Positions 1 to 8,745 of a stretch of 39,670 nucleotides of DNA are shown in pieces (the stretch's first letter is position 1; each line of letters opens with the position of its first letter). The DNA comes from a virus (Duplodnaviria; Caudoviricetes): the IMG/VR virus record IMGVR_UViG_3300006867_000026, positions 1-39,670 of that record; one strand, 5' to 3'. The notes beneath the pieces were generated by a model. It was not told where the DNA came from. It did not search any database and was given only the letters and a program-made list of their open reading frames with translations. The position numbers and the translations under genes are program-made.

Positions 1-2
1 TA

Positions 3-1541
3 CCAAACGGCTATATAGCAAGAAACGACAGTGCTGATACGGAGGGCACTCATGATATTTGGGGTATCTCTGAAAGATATTATCCATCAAACTCAACTGA
101 TGCTGATGCTTGGGGTATTCAGTGGTCTGGCACTCCAAACGAAATAAACTTTATTGGTGCTGGTCAGAAAAAGCTAAGTATTGATTTAGATACTGCGGGT
201 ACTGTAAAAATAGATGGCGATGTTGTTGCGACACAAGCTTATGTAAATACAGCGGTATCAAATATTGTAGATTCTGCTCCAGCTGCGTTAGATACTCTTA
301 ATGAGCTTGCAGCTGCTCTTGGTGACGATGCTAGCTTTAGCACTACGATGTCTACTGCCCTCGGCAACAGACTACGTATTGATGTAAACAATCAGAGCCT
401 TAGCTCTACGGAGCTTGCTAACGCAAGAACTAACCTCGGCTTGGGTTCTGCCGCTACTGCTGCATCTACAGCTTTTGTAGCTGTGTCCGGTGATGAGATG
501 ACTGGAACTTTAAAGCTTCCGTGGAAGTGGAATAGTACAGACTTGACAGCTAACTCTTTTTATGTTCAAAGAAGTGCCACGGAAGATGGTTTTGCTTTTG
601 GTATTGGTACTGGTGTTTCTACTTGGTTTAGTTGGGATGGCGGGGTAGGTACAAAAAGAGCGATAGATGTTTGGAATGATGCCTCTAAAATACTTTTAGG
701 AAATGGAGGTCATGATGTAGAAATTCAAAATGACCTTTATGTTCCAGCTCATATTTTTCATACTGGTGACACTGATACTTATATGCAGTTCCACGCTGCT
801 GACCAGTGGAGAGTAGTTACTGGCGGTGTAGAAAGACTTGAGGTAAACAGTACAGCAACAACTGTAGCAAACACCCTTACCGCTTCTGGTGGTATTAATG
901 GATTAACATTAGCTAACGGAGGTATATCTGGATCTAATTACAACATCACTGGTGTTAATCAATTAGAATTTAATGACCCAGGTGAAGGGATTGTATTTAA
1001 GTCTGGTTCAAGTGGCGACATGACACTTGCTATTGTAGATGACACTAACGATAATACATTAAAATTCTCTGGTACTAACGCAAAATTTGAGGTTGCAGGT
1101 TCTTTAAAACATAGTGGTTTAGAACCAACCACCGGTGGCGCGATTGACCAAATCAGTGAATTTGCAATGACGTTCCGTTTAGTCGCTGATACATGGACAG
1201 ATACTGATATTTCTGGAACAGACTTATCTACTGGTACTTACGCAATGCAGGTTTATGTAAGTGATTTCAATGCAGGTGGACAGCATTACTACGAGTATTA
1301 CTCAGCTACTATATCTTGGTACAGTCAAAGTACCAATAGTACAGCCGTGGATGAAATACCAGTGCATAGAGCTGGGCACGCTCCTAATGCCGGTGATTTA
1401 CAATTTAGAACACAGAGAGCATTGGGCACGGATACCCATGATTTAATGCTACAAGTGAAAACAAACCAAACATATACTGAGAATTTAGATAATTCCAATG
1501 GCGGTAAAATAATGAGGTTCAAGTTTAGAAGACTAATGTAA
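3..1541 (+). CDS. Tail fibre protein, 5'-truncated by the window edge
   Basis: The frame of the 348..1541 ORF is open from position 3 (PNGYIARND...). It includes the tail-fibre motif ATQAYVNTAVSNIVDSAPAALDTLNELAAALGDDASF, then ARTNLGLGSAAT, a Gly/Ser/Thr/Asn-rich beta shaft and a C-terminal globular tip. The true start lies upstream of the window. Confidence 0.85.
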   Translation, partial: PNGYIARNDSADTEGTHDIWGISERYYPSNSTDADAWGIQWSGTPNEINFIGAGQKKLSIDLDTAGTVKIDGDVVATQAYVNTAVSNIVDSAPAALDTLNELAAALGDDASFSTTMSTALGNRLRIDVNNQSLSSTELANARTNLGLGSAATAASTAFVAVSGDEMTGTLKLPWKWNSTDLTANSFYVQRSATEDGFAFGIGTGVSTWFSWDGGVGTKRAIDVWNDASKILLGNGGHDVEIQNDLYVPAHIFHTGDTDTYMQFHAADQWRVVTGGVERLEVNSTATTVANTLTASGGINGLTLANGGISGSNYNITGVNQLEFNDPGEGIVFKSGSSGDMTLAIVDDTNDNTLKFSGTNAKFEVAGSLKHSGLEPTTGGAIDQISEFAMTFRLVADTWTDTDISGTDLSTGTYAMQVYVSDFNAGGQHYYEYYSATISWYSQSTNSTAVDEIPVHRAGHAPNAGDLQFRTQRALGTDTHDLMLQVKTNQTYTENLDNSNGGKIMRFKFRRLM

Positions 1542-1549
1542 AAACAACT

Positions 1550-4500
1550 ATGGCGATAAAATTTGATAACATAGAGGCGGAATCACTCCTAAATAGCCAA
1601 GGAGAGTTAACTATTACTCTTACCGATGATCAAGGCATTACTGTACCTGGAGCGGTGCAATCAGCTTCTGTTACGGCTACTGGTACGGTTCAAGGAAGTT
1701 ATGTAACAGCTAATAACACTTCTGGCGCAGCGGACGGTTCAGCACAAGAAGTAGCTAGATTTGTAAACACAAGAAGTGCCGCTACTAGTGGTTACATATA
1801 CATTGGTGCGGCTTCTGGTACAGACTGGAGACTTGGTAAGAATATAAATGGAACTGCCGGCAACACTAATTTTGGTATAACTAAGCATTCTGGTACTGAT
1901 ATATTTTTAGAAATAGATGGTAGCGGGAACACCTCTATTTTGGGTGATGTATTTAGTGATGGTTTGTACGTAAACTCAACAAGTGCTGTTAGTGGAACTC
2001 AAGTTGCAATAGTACAAGATGGGAATCAAAACCTACAAAGATGGGGTTCTAGCTCTGACGGTACTACACAAGCATCATATAGGTTTAGGATTGACCAAAA
2101 TTTCAAGTTTATAGGCAATAGTGGAGGTGGCGATACGCTCACACTAGATTCAACCAATGGAAGTGCAACTTTTACGGGTTCAATATCTGCATCAAACTTC
2201 TCTGGCTCATCATCTGGCACGAACACGGGTGACCAAGATTTAAGCTCATATTTAACAACAGTATCTTTTTCTGATTTAACCGGAAAGCCAACTACACTTA
2301 GTGGTTATGGGATTATAGATGGGGCTTCTTTAGGTCTAGACCAAGTCTTTACTGGTGACACGGAGTTTGAAGCTGATTTACTAAGAACTAACCAAAGGAT
2401 TAGCAACAACCAAGAATATCCACTTGGTCATTACACTCCAGGCGAGACTGTATTTGAATTAAATACTACTTGGAGTAATAGAGAATTACGACAGTATTTT
2501 GGCAATGATAATGTAAGCTGGGACGAAGTTGCAAACGCTCCAGGTGGTTATGCAGTATACATTGATGGTTCAGTAAGTGTGGGTGGAGCTTACAATTCTG
2601 GATTCCCATACATCCCTATTGACCAAGACGGTATTTACTACATGGAGTGTTGGATTAAAAACGCTGGTACGGCTCAAGGACATTACATGGGTTCTATTGA
2701 CTACGAGGCGGATTTTACGGCTCCAGCAAGTGGTGCTGGTAATCCAGGTTCATATGGATATTTCGTAATGTCTAATTATACTGGTGCTGCAGAATGGACT
2801 AAAGTTAGTGGTTATATTACTGGTCACCACAACAGCAACACTGGTGCATTTGAAACAGATGCAACGTATTGGACACCGCAAGCTTTGTTTAACTATTCTG
2901 CTGGTAGCGGTACTCGTGCTTGTTGGATTTCTGGATGGAAAGTAATTCGTGTAGATCACGTTGGTGATAGAACATTCCAAGACGATGTTAAAGTAAAAGG
3001 TAAATTAGAGGTACATACTCTAGATGCAAATACCACATCTACCACAGCTTTGGTAATGAATGGTAATGAAGTGGAGAAACGAACTCTTGGTTCTAACGCA
3101 TTTAACAGCACTTCTTTCTTAACATCAGTAGACTTTACAGATATTGGTGGAGCTACAAGAACAAATTACACTCTTAAATTTAAACCAAATACTAGTAACT
3201 ACGCTGGATTTCAATTCTTAGGCACAGACAGTCAAAACGCTGGTTACTTTTTGATTAGAGGTACTTCTGACGACGGTGTTTATACCGCTGAAGGCATTAC
3301 TCTTGTTGCTGACCAAGGATGGTTAACTCTTGCACAAAGAACCGCTAGTGACAAGGGTATTAGATTCTTGACGGGCACTGGTGCGACTAACAGAATGACT
3401 ATTGCTAGCGATGGAGATGTCAATATAAACAATAACTTAACTGTAGAAGCGGATTTAGGTGTAAACGGATTTATTAAAGATAGTTTTTACAAACACGTTG
3501 GTAATACGAATTGGAGAACCTCAAAGTCCGTTAGAAGTGTAGGTATTACTGGTAGTGAAATTGCTGATTCATGGGTTCAATTATCACGAGTTACCATTGG
3601 TTCTAGTTACGAAAAGGTAACTATTAAGTTTACGATAAACGGTTATGACGACGTATCAAGTGGTGTAGAAGCAATTGACGTTAGATACGAGAACGGAGCC
3701 TCTGCTCAAGAAAATCATCAAATGGCTTGGTACTCTACTGATGACCACGCTAACCTTTTTAAAAATGTTCGTTCTATAAGAAGCTCTAGTAGTGGCTTAT
3801 CAAACACGTATGATTTGTACGTTCAGATGGCTGGTGACTGGAGAGACAGTTTTACAGTTGTAGCAGAATCTTGGACTACTCATGCAGGTGATTCTCCTAT
3901 AACATACATAACAGCTGCTGGTTCAGCAAATGAGCCTTCTGCTGGAAGTAATGATATAGAAAGAACTGAAAGAAGATGGTATACTGAAAACTCGTTCATG
4001 TATCTCGGAGCTAACCGAGTATACACTACCGGGGATTTTGCTACTTCAGACTTTACGTATAGCGCTGGTACGTTGTTAGACCTTAGCAGCAATACTTTCA
4101 ATGTAGATCTTTCAGAGTTGACCAACAACACTGCTACGTTTGCTCCTACACAAGACCACTTTGTTATTCTTGACAACGGAGTACAAGGCAAGAAGCTTGC
4201 GTCTTCAATCTTTGGTAGTGCGGCATACGAAGCATCATCTGCGTTTGCTACCGCTTCACACAACCACGCTGGAGTATATGTTCCAGAGTATGAAGCATTA
4301 CAACCTACTGGCAGTGACAAAGAGATGAACGTATGGCGTAAAACTCACGCTGTATGGTCTGACAGTTCTGGTGCATCAACTTATATTATCTTACAAACTG
4401 AAGTGCCTCAAGATAACTACTCTATGGGTGGTTTTACTTTAGTATACCAAGATAATTATTATGACTCTGGTGAAGGCGGTGAGATTAAAATTTATGGGTA

Positions 4501-7123
4501 TTGGAATCCAGAATCTAATGGTGGATTTGAAGGTTTTAGATATGAGTGTTCTAACCCTTACCACACACCGACTATTGAAGTTTGTAGAAACTCTTCTTCT
4601 GGAAACACAGCATTCTTTATAAGCGGTGAAGGGGCTAACTATACTCAGCTCATTGCTAAAGATTTGTGGCTTGGTTATACTGCTTCTTCTGCTACGTCAC
4701 AGTGGGGTAACGGATGGGTTGTTTCGCAAGCTGATAACAAAAATGGATATACCAACTTTAATACTTTAAATCGTAACGACTTTCCTGCCATCACTACCGA
4801 TGGCTCAACACCTTCTTTAACTGGTGGTGTAGATGCTGCAGAGGTTAGAACTCTTATTGGTGCTCAAGTGGCTGGCAGTTATTTAACTGCCCACCCAAGT
4901 ATTACAGAAGCAGCTGATGTAAACAATAGTGGCGGTACAGTAATACAAGATTTAACCTTTGACGACAATGGGCACGTTACAGCTACTGGGTCTGTAAACC
5001 TTGACGCTATATATACTTCAACGGACGGAACAGATAATGACTACAGATTTACATTAAATCTATCAAGTTTTTCTGGAACTCGTTGGTATAAAGTAGCAAC
5101 AGTTAATACTGGTTCTGGGGGTCTTCGCATACGTGGTATGATGACAAACCACGTGGAGTCGTTTGGCTCTAACATGATAGACCTTGCAATACAAGGTCGT
5201 GAAGGAAATAATTCCGATAATATCGAAGTAACTGGGCATGTCCACGTATTACACGAAAACGTTGGTATCGCTATTTATTCTGGTGAAAAACCTAGTTATT
5301 ATCGACATTGGGATGTATATGTTGTAGCCACACAATACACTCAGTGTCAGCTAGATTTAACGCAAGTGTCTGGTAGCTTTGACACCTCTGGAAACTATGT
5401 TACAACAGAACCTAGCGGAACTTTAGAACTTGAAACATATCAGCTATCAGAAGGTAACTATGTAATCAGAGACAGTGCTGCAAAAAGAATATTTGACTCG
5501 GGTATAAACTTAGCAGGCGGTCTAAGCTATACGCCATCTACAAACACGTTAACGCAAACTGATAACAATACGACCTATAATGTAGCAACTACTTCGGCTG
5601 ATGGGCTGATGTCTTCTACCGACAAGACCAAATTGGATGGCGTTGCTACTGGAGCTGATGTAACTCCTTCATGGGTTCCGGCTAATGACCCGAGTTATTT
5701 AACAGCTCTACCAACCCACAACCATGACGATAGGTACTTTAGAAGATACACTGGTCAAGCAGCTAGCATTAGCAGCAATGGGTATAGAACAGCCTTTACT
5801 GTTGATGGCGGAAACCTTGCTTCTAGTATTAGAGTTTCTTTGCAAGGAACTTCTAACGGTGTTGTTGTTTCTAATGTGTTGGATATTTTAGTAAATCACT
5901 ACCAAGACATTGTGATAGAATCTAACGCTGGGGTTTACACAAGGTTGTATGTAAAAGTCATATCTAACAACAATGAAGATTTTGCTGTTGAGTTAAAAAC
6001 AGACAATGCTCAAGCAGTAACATTAGATATAGAAGTGCTAGCATATGGTAATGAAACTGTTACGTTTGCTACGTCTCATTCATACACTGGGTCTACACTA
6101 GAACTAGATTGTGAGCCCGGGAAAACATTTAAGGCTACTGGTGGCGATAGTGGAGATATAAAAACTTATGGTGTATTTAAAGGAGACGGCAGTGGATTAA
6201 CGGGTATAACCAAAGCTGCTACCGTTAGCGACCAAGCGTCTCCAACCGCAACAATACAAGTAGGTGCAGGTACTTCAAATACCAGTAATCGTTCTGGTGT
6301 TGCGCTTCTGGGGGATGCTAATGCTGGGGGTGTTGTGAACGCCTTGGGTCTTGTAAATACAGCAACTGCTGCTAATAGCAATGGTGTTGCTTTGAACTTC
6401 CATAACGCAAACAACTATTCTCCAACTGGGCAGATTTTACTTCAGCAGAACTCTAGTGGTACAACCACCCACTCTGCAATGAAGTTCTTTACATATGGTA
6501 GTAATAACCTTACTCATCAGATGTCTATTAAATCTGATGGTACTATTAGATTCTTATCTTATGGCGCAGGTTTTATAAAATCTGATTCTAGTGGTAACTT
6601 GAGTGTAGATACAAGTACTTACTTAACTGGTATTGCGGCTAACTCTGTAGGTATTGGAGAGCTTAATGTATCTGACGGTTCAGCAGGGCAAGTTCTTACT
6701 ACAGATGGTAACGGCACTTTATCTTTTGCAACTGTAAGTAGTGGAAGTAGTTATACCCTACCAGCAGCTACGTCTTCAGCACTTGGTGGTGTTAAAATTG
6801 GATACACTGCAAATGCTAAGAACTACCCAGTACAATTAGACGCTAGTAACAAAGCTTATGTAAATGTCCCTTGGACAGATGCTAATACGACTTATTCTGC
6901 TGGTAGCGGTCTAGACTTGAGCAGCAATTCGTTTAGTGTTGAGGCTGATCTTCGTGATGGTATTACACACGTTGGTAAAGATGCTAACAACTACATACAG
7001 TTTGATTCAACCAACGGACGTATAGATTTTTATGCAGGTGGTAATTTTGTAGCTCGTATGGAGTCTGATGGTGATTTACATATTAAAGGAGACGTTATTG
7101 CGTTCTCAAATATATTTGGGTAA
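1550..7123 (+). CDS. Long mosaic tail fibre / receptor-binding protein (1857 aa)
   Basis: Contains common fibre shaft motifs: SGTNTGDQDLSSYLT, FSDLTGKPTTLSGYGI, ATTSADGLMSSTDKTKLDG, HNHDDRY, YTLPAATSSALGGVKIG and two TYSAGxxLDLSSNxF copies. Several inserted aromatic-rich beta-sandwich-like domains. Ends in GDVIAFS. Confidence 0.85.
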   Translation: MAIKFDNIEAESLLNSQGELTITLTDDQGITVPGAVQSASVTATGTVQGSYVTANNTSGAADGSAQEVARFVNTRSAATSGYIYIGAASGTDWRLGKNINGTAGNTNFGITKHSGTDIFLEIDGSGNTSILGDVFSDGLYVNSTSAVSGTQVAIVQDGNQNLQRWGSSSDGTTQASYRFRIDQNFKFIGNSGGGDTLTLDSTNGSATFTGSISASNFSGSSSGTNTGDQDLSSYLTTVSFSDLTGKPTTLSGYGIIDGASLGLDQVFTGDTEFEADLLRTNQRISNNQEYPLGHYTPGETVFELNTTWSNRELRQYFGNDNVSWDEVANAPGGYAVYIDGSVSVGGAYNSGFPYIPIDQDGIYYMECWIKNAGTAQGHYMGSIDYEADFTAPASGAGNPGSYGYFVMSNYTGAAEWTKVSGYITGHHNSNTGAFETDATYWTPQALFNYSAGSGTRACWISGWKVIRVDHVGDRTFQDDVKVKGKLEVHTLDANTTSTTALVMNGNEVEKRTLGSNAFNSTSFLTSVDFTDIGGATRTNYTLKFKPNTSNYAGFQFLGTDSQNAGYFLIRGTSDDGVYTAEGITLVADQGWLTLAQRTASDKGIRFLTGTGATNRMTIASDGDVNINNNLTVEADLGVNGFIKDSFYKHVGNTNWRTSKSVRSVGITGSEIADSWVQLSRVTIGSSYEKVTIKFTINGYDDVSSGVEAIDVRYENGASAQENHQMAWYSTDDHANLFKNVRSIRSSSSGLSNTYDLYVQMAGDWRDSFTVVAESWTTHAGDSPITYITAAGSANEPSAGSNDIERTERRWYTENSFMYLGANRVYTTGDFATSDFTYSAGTLLDLSSNTFNVDLSELTNNTATFAPTQDHFVILDNGVQGKKLASSIFGSAAYEASSAFATASHNHAGVYVPEYEALQPTGSDKEMNVWRKTHAVWSDSSGASTYIILQTEVPQDNYSMGGFTLVYQDNYYDSGEGGEIKIYGYWNPESNGGFEGFRYECSNPYHTPTIEVCRNSSSGNTAFFISGEGANYTQLIAKDLWLGYTASSATSQWGNGWVVSQADNKNGYTNFNTLNRNDFPAITTDGSTPSLTGGVDAAEVRTLIGAQVAGSYLTAHPSITEAADVNNSGGTVIQDLTFDDNGHVTATGSVNLDAIYTSTDGTDNDYRFTLNLSSFSGTRWYKVATVNTGSGGLRIRGMMTNHVESFGSNMIDLAIQGREGNNSDNIEVTGHVHVLHENVGIAIYSGEKPSYYRHWDVYVVATQYTQCQLDLTQVSGSFDTSGNYVTTEPSGTLELETYQLSEGNYVIRDSAAKRIFDSGINLAGGLSYTPSTNTLTQTDNNTTYNVATTSADGLMSSTDKTKLDGVATGADVTPSWVPANDPSYLTALPTHNHDDRYFRRYTGQAASISSNGYRTAFTVDGGNLASSIRVSLQGTSNGVVVSNVLDILVNHYQDIVIESNAGVYTRLYVKVISNNNEDFAVELKTDNAQAVTLDIEVLAYGNETVTFATSHSYTGSTLELDCEPGKTFKATGGDSGDIKTYGVFKGDGSGLTGITKAATVSDQASPTATIQVGAGTSNTSNRSGVALLGDANAGGVVNALGLVNTATAANSNGVALNFHNANNYSPTGQILLQQNSSGTTTHSAMKFFTYGSNNLTHQMSIKSDGTIRFLSYGAGFIKSDSSGNLSVDTSTYLTGIAANSVGIGELNVSDGSAGQVLTTDGNGTLSFATVSSGSSYTLPAATSSALGGVKIGYTANAKNYPVQLDASNKAYVNVPWTDANTTYSAGSGLDLSSNSFSVEADLRDGITHVGKDANNYIQFDSTNGRIDFYAGGNFVARMESDGDLHIKGDVIAFSNIFG

Positions 7124-8094
7124 TGGCTATATCAAGTAGTGGACAAATAAAAATATCAGAAATAGCTACTGAGGTTGGGGTTGGTGGCGAACCAGACTTA
7201 AGTCTTAGAGGTTTGTCGATTGGTGATTTCGGAACAATAAACACAAATAGTGCGTCTTATCCAGACGGAGAGGCTCCTCATTCAATGTTAGAGTGGAGGG
7301 GATATGACCATAGTGCTGCACCAGCAGTTACTGATAGTGATTACTACTGGCTTGGTGATGGTGTTAATGATACATTAAGGTTTACTAACCACAGTAGCAC
7401 ATTGTTTGGAAGTAATGATGACTTTAGTTATAGCGGTTGGTTTCGTGTAGATGAAACCAGTAACCAAGCACAATGGTTAGGTTCATTTTCTGAGGCATCT
7501 CCAAGCGGGTCTAACCAGATTTTTATTCAGTATAATCCAACTAGCGCTAGAATGCAGTTGAGATTCAGATATGGCGGTGGGGGTAATTTTCATCAAAGGT
7601 TTTGGTCTATTTCTTCTACTAATAATACGTCTATTACGGGGGTAAATAGTAACGGATGGTATTCTACAAACAGAGGCAATGTAAATAGTGAAGGATTTGT
7701 ACACTTAGTATTCACACGTGATAATTCAGACACGACTTCTTCTGGTATGAATCTATACTGGAATGGAACAAAATTACCAGAAAGCATTCAGTTTAATTCT
7801 CGAAGCCTAACAACTTTTAATATACGAAGCGTAGCTATTGGGGATGCTGTTGGTAGTTCACCTAACAATGCTAATGTATTCAAAGGTGGTATAGACCAAG
7901 TAAGTGTGTATAACAAGACTTTAACGCAATCAGAAGTAACAGCTCTGTATAACAGTGGTACTCCAATGACATGCTCTGATGCTGGCGTAACCACCAATTT
8001 ATTGGCTGAGTATAGATTAGAAAACAACACCACGAATACTAGCGGTACATTCCCTAGCTTAACAAATAGCGGTGGAACATTTACAGCTTACTAA
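7123..8094 (+). CDS. Fibre-tip adhesin with a C-terminal LamG/concanavalin-A-like lectin domain
   Basis: The N-terminus MAISSSGQIKISEIATE...PHSMLEWRGYDH resembles the N-terminal module of phage fibre-tip adhesins. LamG-type motifs: FSYSGWFR, FVHLVFTRD, LYWNG, FKGGIDQVSVYNKTLTQSEVTALYNSG. Coupled to the fibre gene by TAATG. Confidence 0.75.
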   Translation: MAISSSGQIKISEIATEVGVGGEPDLSLRGLSIGDFGTINTNSASYPDGEAPHSMLEWRGYDHSAAPAVTDSDYYWLGDGVNDTLRFTNHSSTLFGSNDDFSYSGWFRVDETSNQAQWLGSFSEASPSGSNQIFIQYNPTSARMQLRFRYGGGGNFHQRFWSISSTNNTSITGVNSNGWYSTNRGNVNSEGFVHLVFTRDNSDTTSSGMNLYWNGTKLPESIQFNSRSLTTFNIRSVAIGDAVGSSPNNANVFKGGIDQVSVYNKTLTQSEVTALYNSGTPMTCSDAGVTTNLLAEYRLENNTTNTSGTFPSLTNSGGTFTAY

Positions 8095-8095
8095 T

Positions 8096-8311
8096 ATGAA
8101 CACATACTATTTAATGACCACTGAGCAGAAAGATGCGGTGGAGGCAGAAGTTTTATTTCAAGAGCCTTATAGCAATATTGCTACAGACAAATGGATAGTA
8201 GAGTGTACGACTGGGGGGCTAGACTGTGTAACTGAATACGCTAGTGCTGAAGAGTGTAGAGAGTATGTTATAGAAAATTTAAGCGTGTGGGACGATTTAT
8301 ACGGAGTGTAG
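8096..8311 (+). CDS. Small acidic hypothetical protein, possibly a fibre-associated chaperone
   Basis: The ATG at 8096, just after the adhesin stop, is preferred to the GTG at 8072. Ends in tandem TAG TAG. Confidence 0.55.
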   Translation: MNTYYLMTTEQKDAVEAEVLFQEPYSNIATDKWIVECTTGGLDCVTEYASAEECREYVIENLSVWDDLYGV

Positions 8312-8318
8312 TAGACAA

Positions 8319-8351
8319 TTTGTCAGAATAGGCTTATTTGTATTATATTTG
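8319..8351 (+). promoter_or_regulatory. Bacteroidota-type primary sigma promoter (TTTG -33, TAnnTTTG -7)
   Basis: TTTG at 8319-8322 and TATATTTG at 8344-8351 with a 21-nt spacer, upstream of the ATG at 8382. Confidence 0.7.
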
Positions 8352-8381
8352 AAGTATTGAATTCAATTAATAATAAACATT

Positions 8382-8639
8382 ATGGCGAAGGCTAAAAAAA
8401 TCACCAATGAAGAGTTGGCTGCTGTACAAGGTGCAGTAAACAGCATTAACAATCTTTACATGTCTGTAGGACGTACTATCGTTGAACTAATCAAAACCTC
8501 TGGGGGCATTGACGATCTTGATGCTGCTTTAAAGAGTCATCAAAAAGATCTCGAAGACAAGTATGGGTCGATAACAATAAACCTACAGACCGGCGAATAC
8601 GAAGAAGCCGTAGAAGAGGCTGAAGAAGTTGCAGAATAA
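8382..8639 (+). CDS. Hypothetical coiled-coil protein (85 aa)
   Basis: Clean ORF with an A-rich leader (aattcaattaataataaacattATG), a helical body, a DLEDKYGSITINLQTGEY motif and an acidic tail. Confidence 0.75.
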   Translation: MAKAKKITNEELAAVQGAVNSINNLYMSVGRTIVELIKTSGGIDDLDAALKSHQKDLEDKYGSITINLQTGEYEEAVEEAEEVAE

Positions 8640-8652
8640 AGATTTTTATACG

Positions 8653-8660
8653 TATCTTTG
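8653..8660 (+). promoter_or_regulatory. Bacteroidota -7 promoter box
   Basis: TATCTTTG. No ORF lies between it and the terminator at 8701-8732. Confidence 0.55.
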
Positions 8661-8664
8661 ACTA

Positions 8665-8730
8665 GCTCATAAGGCAATACATGAGTTTGGTTTACTATTG
8701 AAAGGGGGGCTTTTTGCCCCTCTTTTATTT
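8665..8730 (+). ncRNA. Candidate small regulatory RNA (~65 nt)
   Basis: A promoter box at 8653-8660 is followed by the hairpin GCTCAT-AAGGCAATAC-ATGAGT, the U-rich linker TTTGGTTT and an intrinsic terminator. No + strand ORF of meaningful length. Confidence 0.45.
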
Positions 8731-8732
8731 TT
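8701..8732 (+). terminator. Rho-independent terminator
   Basis: AGGGGGGC-TTTTT-GCCCCTCT stem-loop followed by a T-rich tract. Confidence 0.8.
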
Positions 8733-8740
8733 TATCTTTG
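8733..8740 (+). promoter_or_regulatory. Bacteroidota -7 promoter box
   Basis: TATCTTTG directly after the terminator, 5 nt before the ATG at 8746, so the mRNA may be leaderless. Confidence 0.6.
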
Positions 8741-8745
8741 TCCTT

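Noticed and set aside
8663-8683. Minus-strand micro-ORF MYCLMS* with an AAACCAAA leader
   Set aside because: Only six codons, and no - strand promoter was recognised. It is better explained as the antisense face of the candidate sRNA, though not excluded.
8698-8745. Hydrophobic N-terminal extension (MKGGLFAPLLFFIFVL) suggesting a signal-anchor endolysin
   Set aside because: It is the translation of a terminator hairpin, T-tract and promoter box. The ATG at 8746 is the more plausible start.
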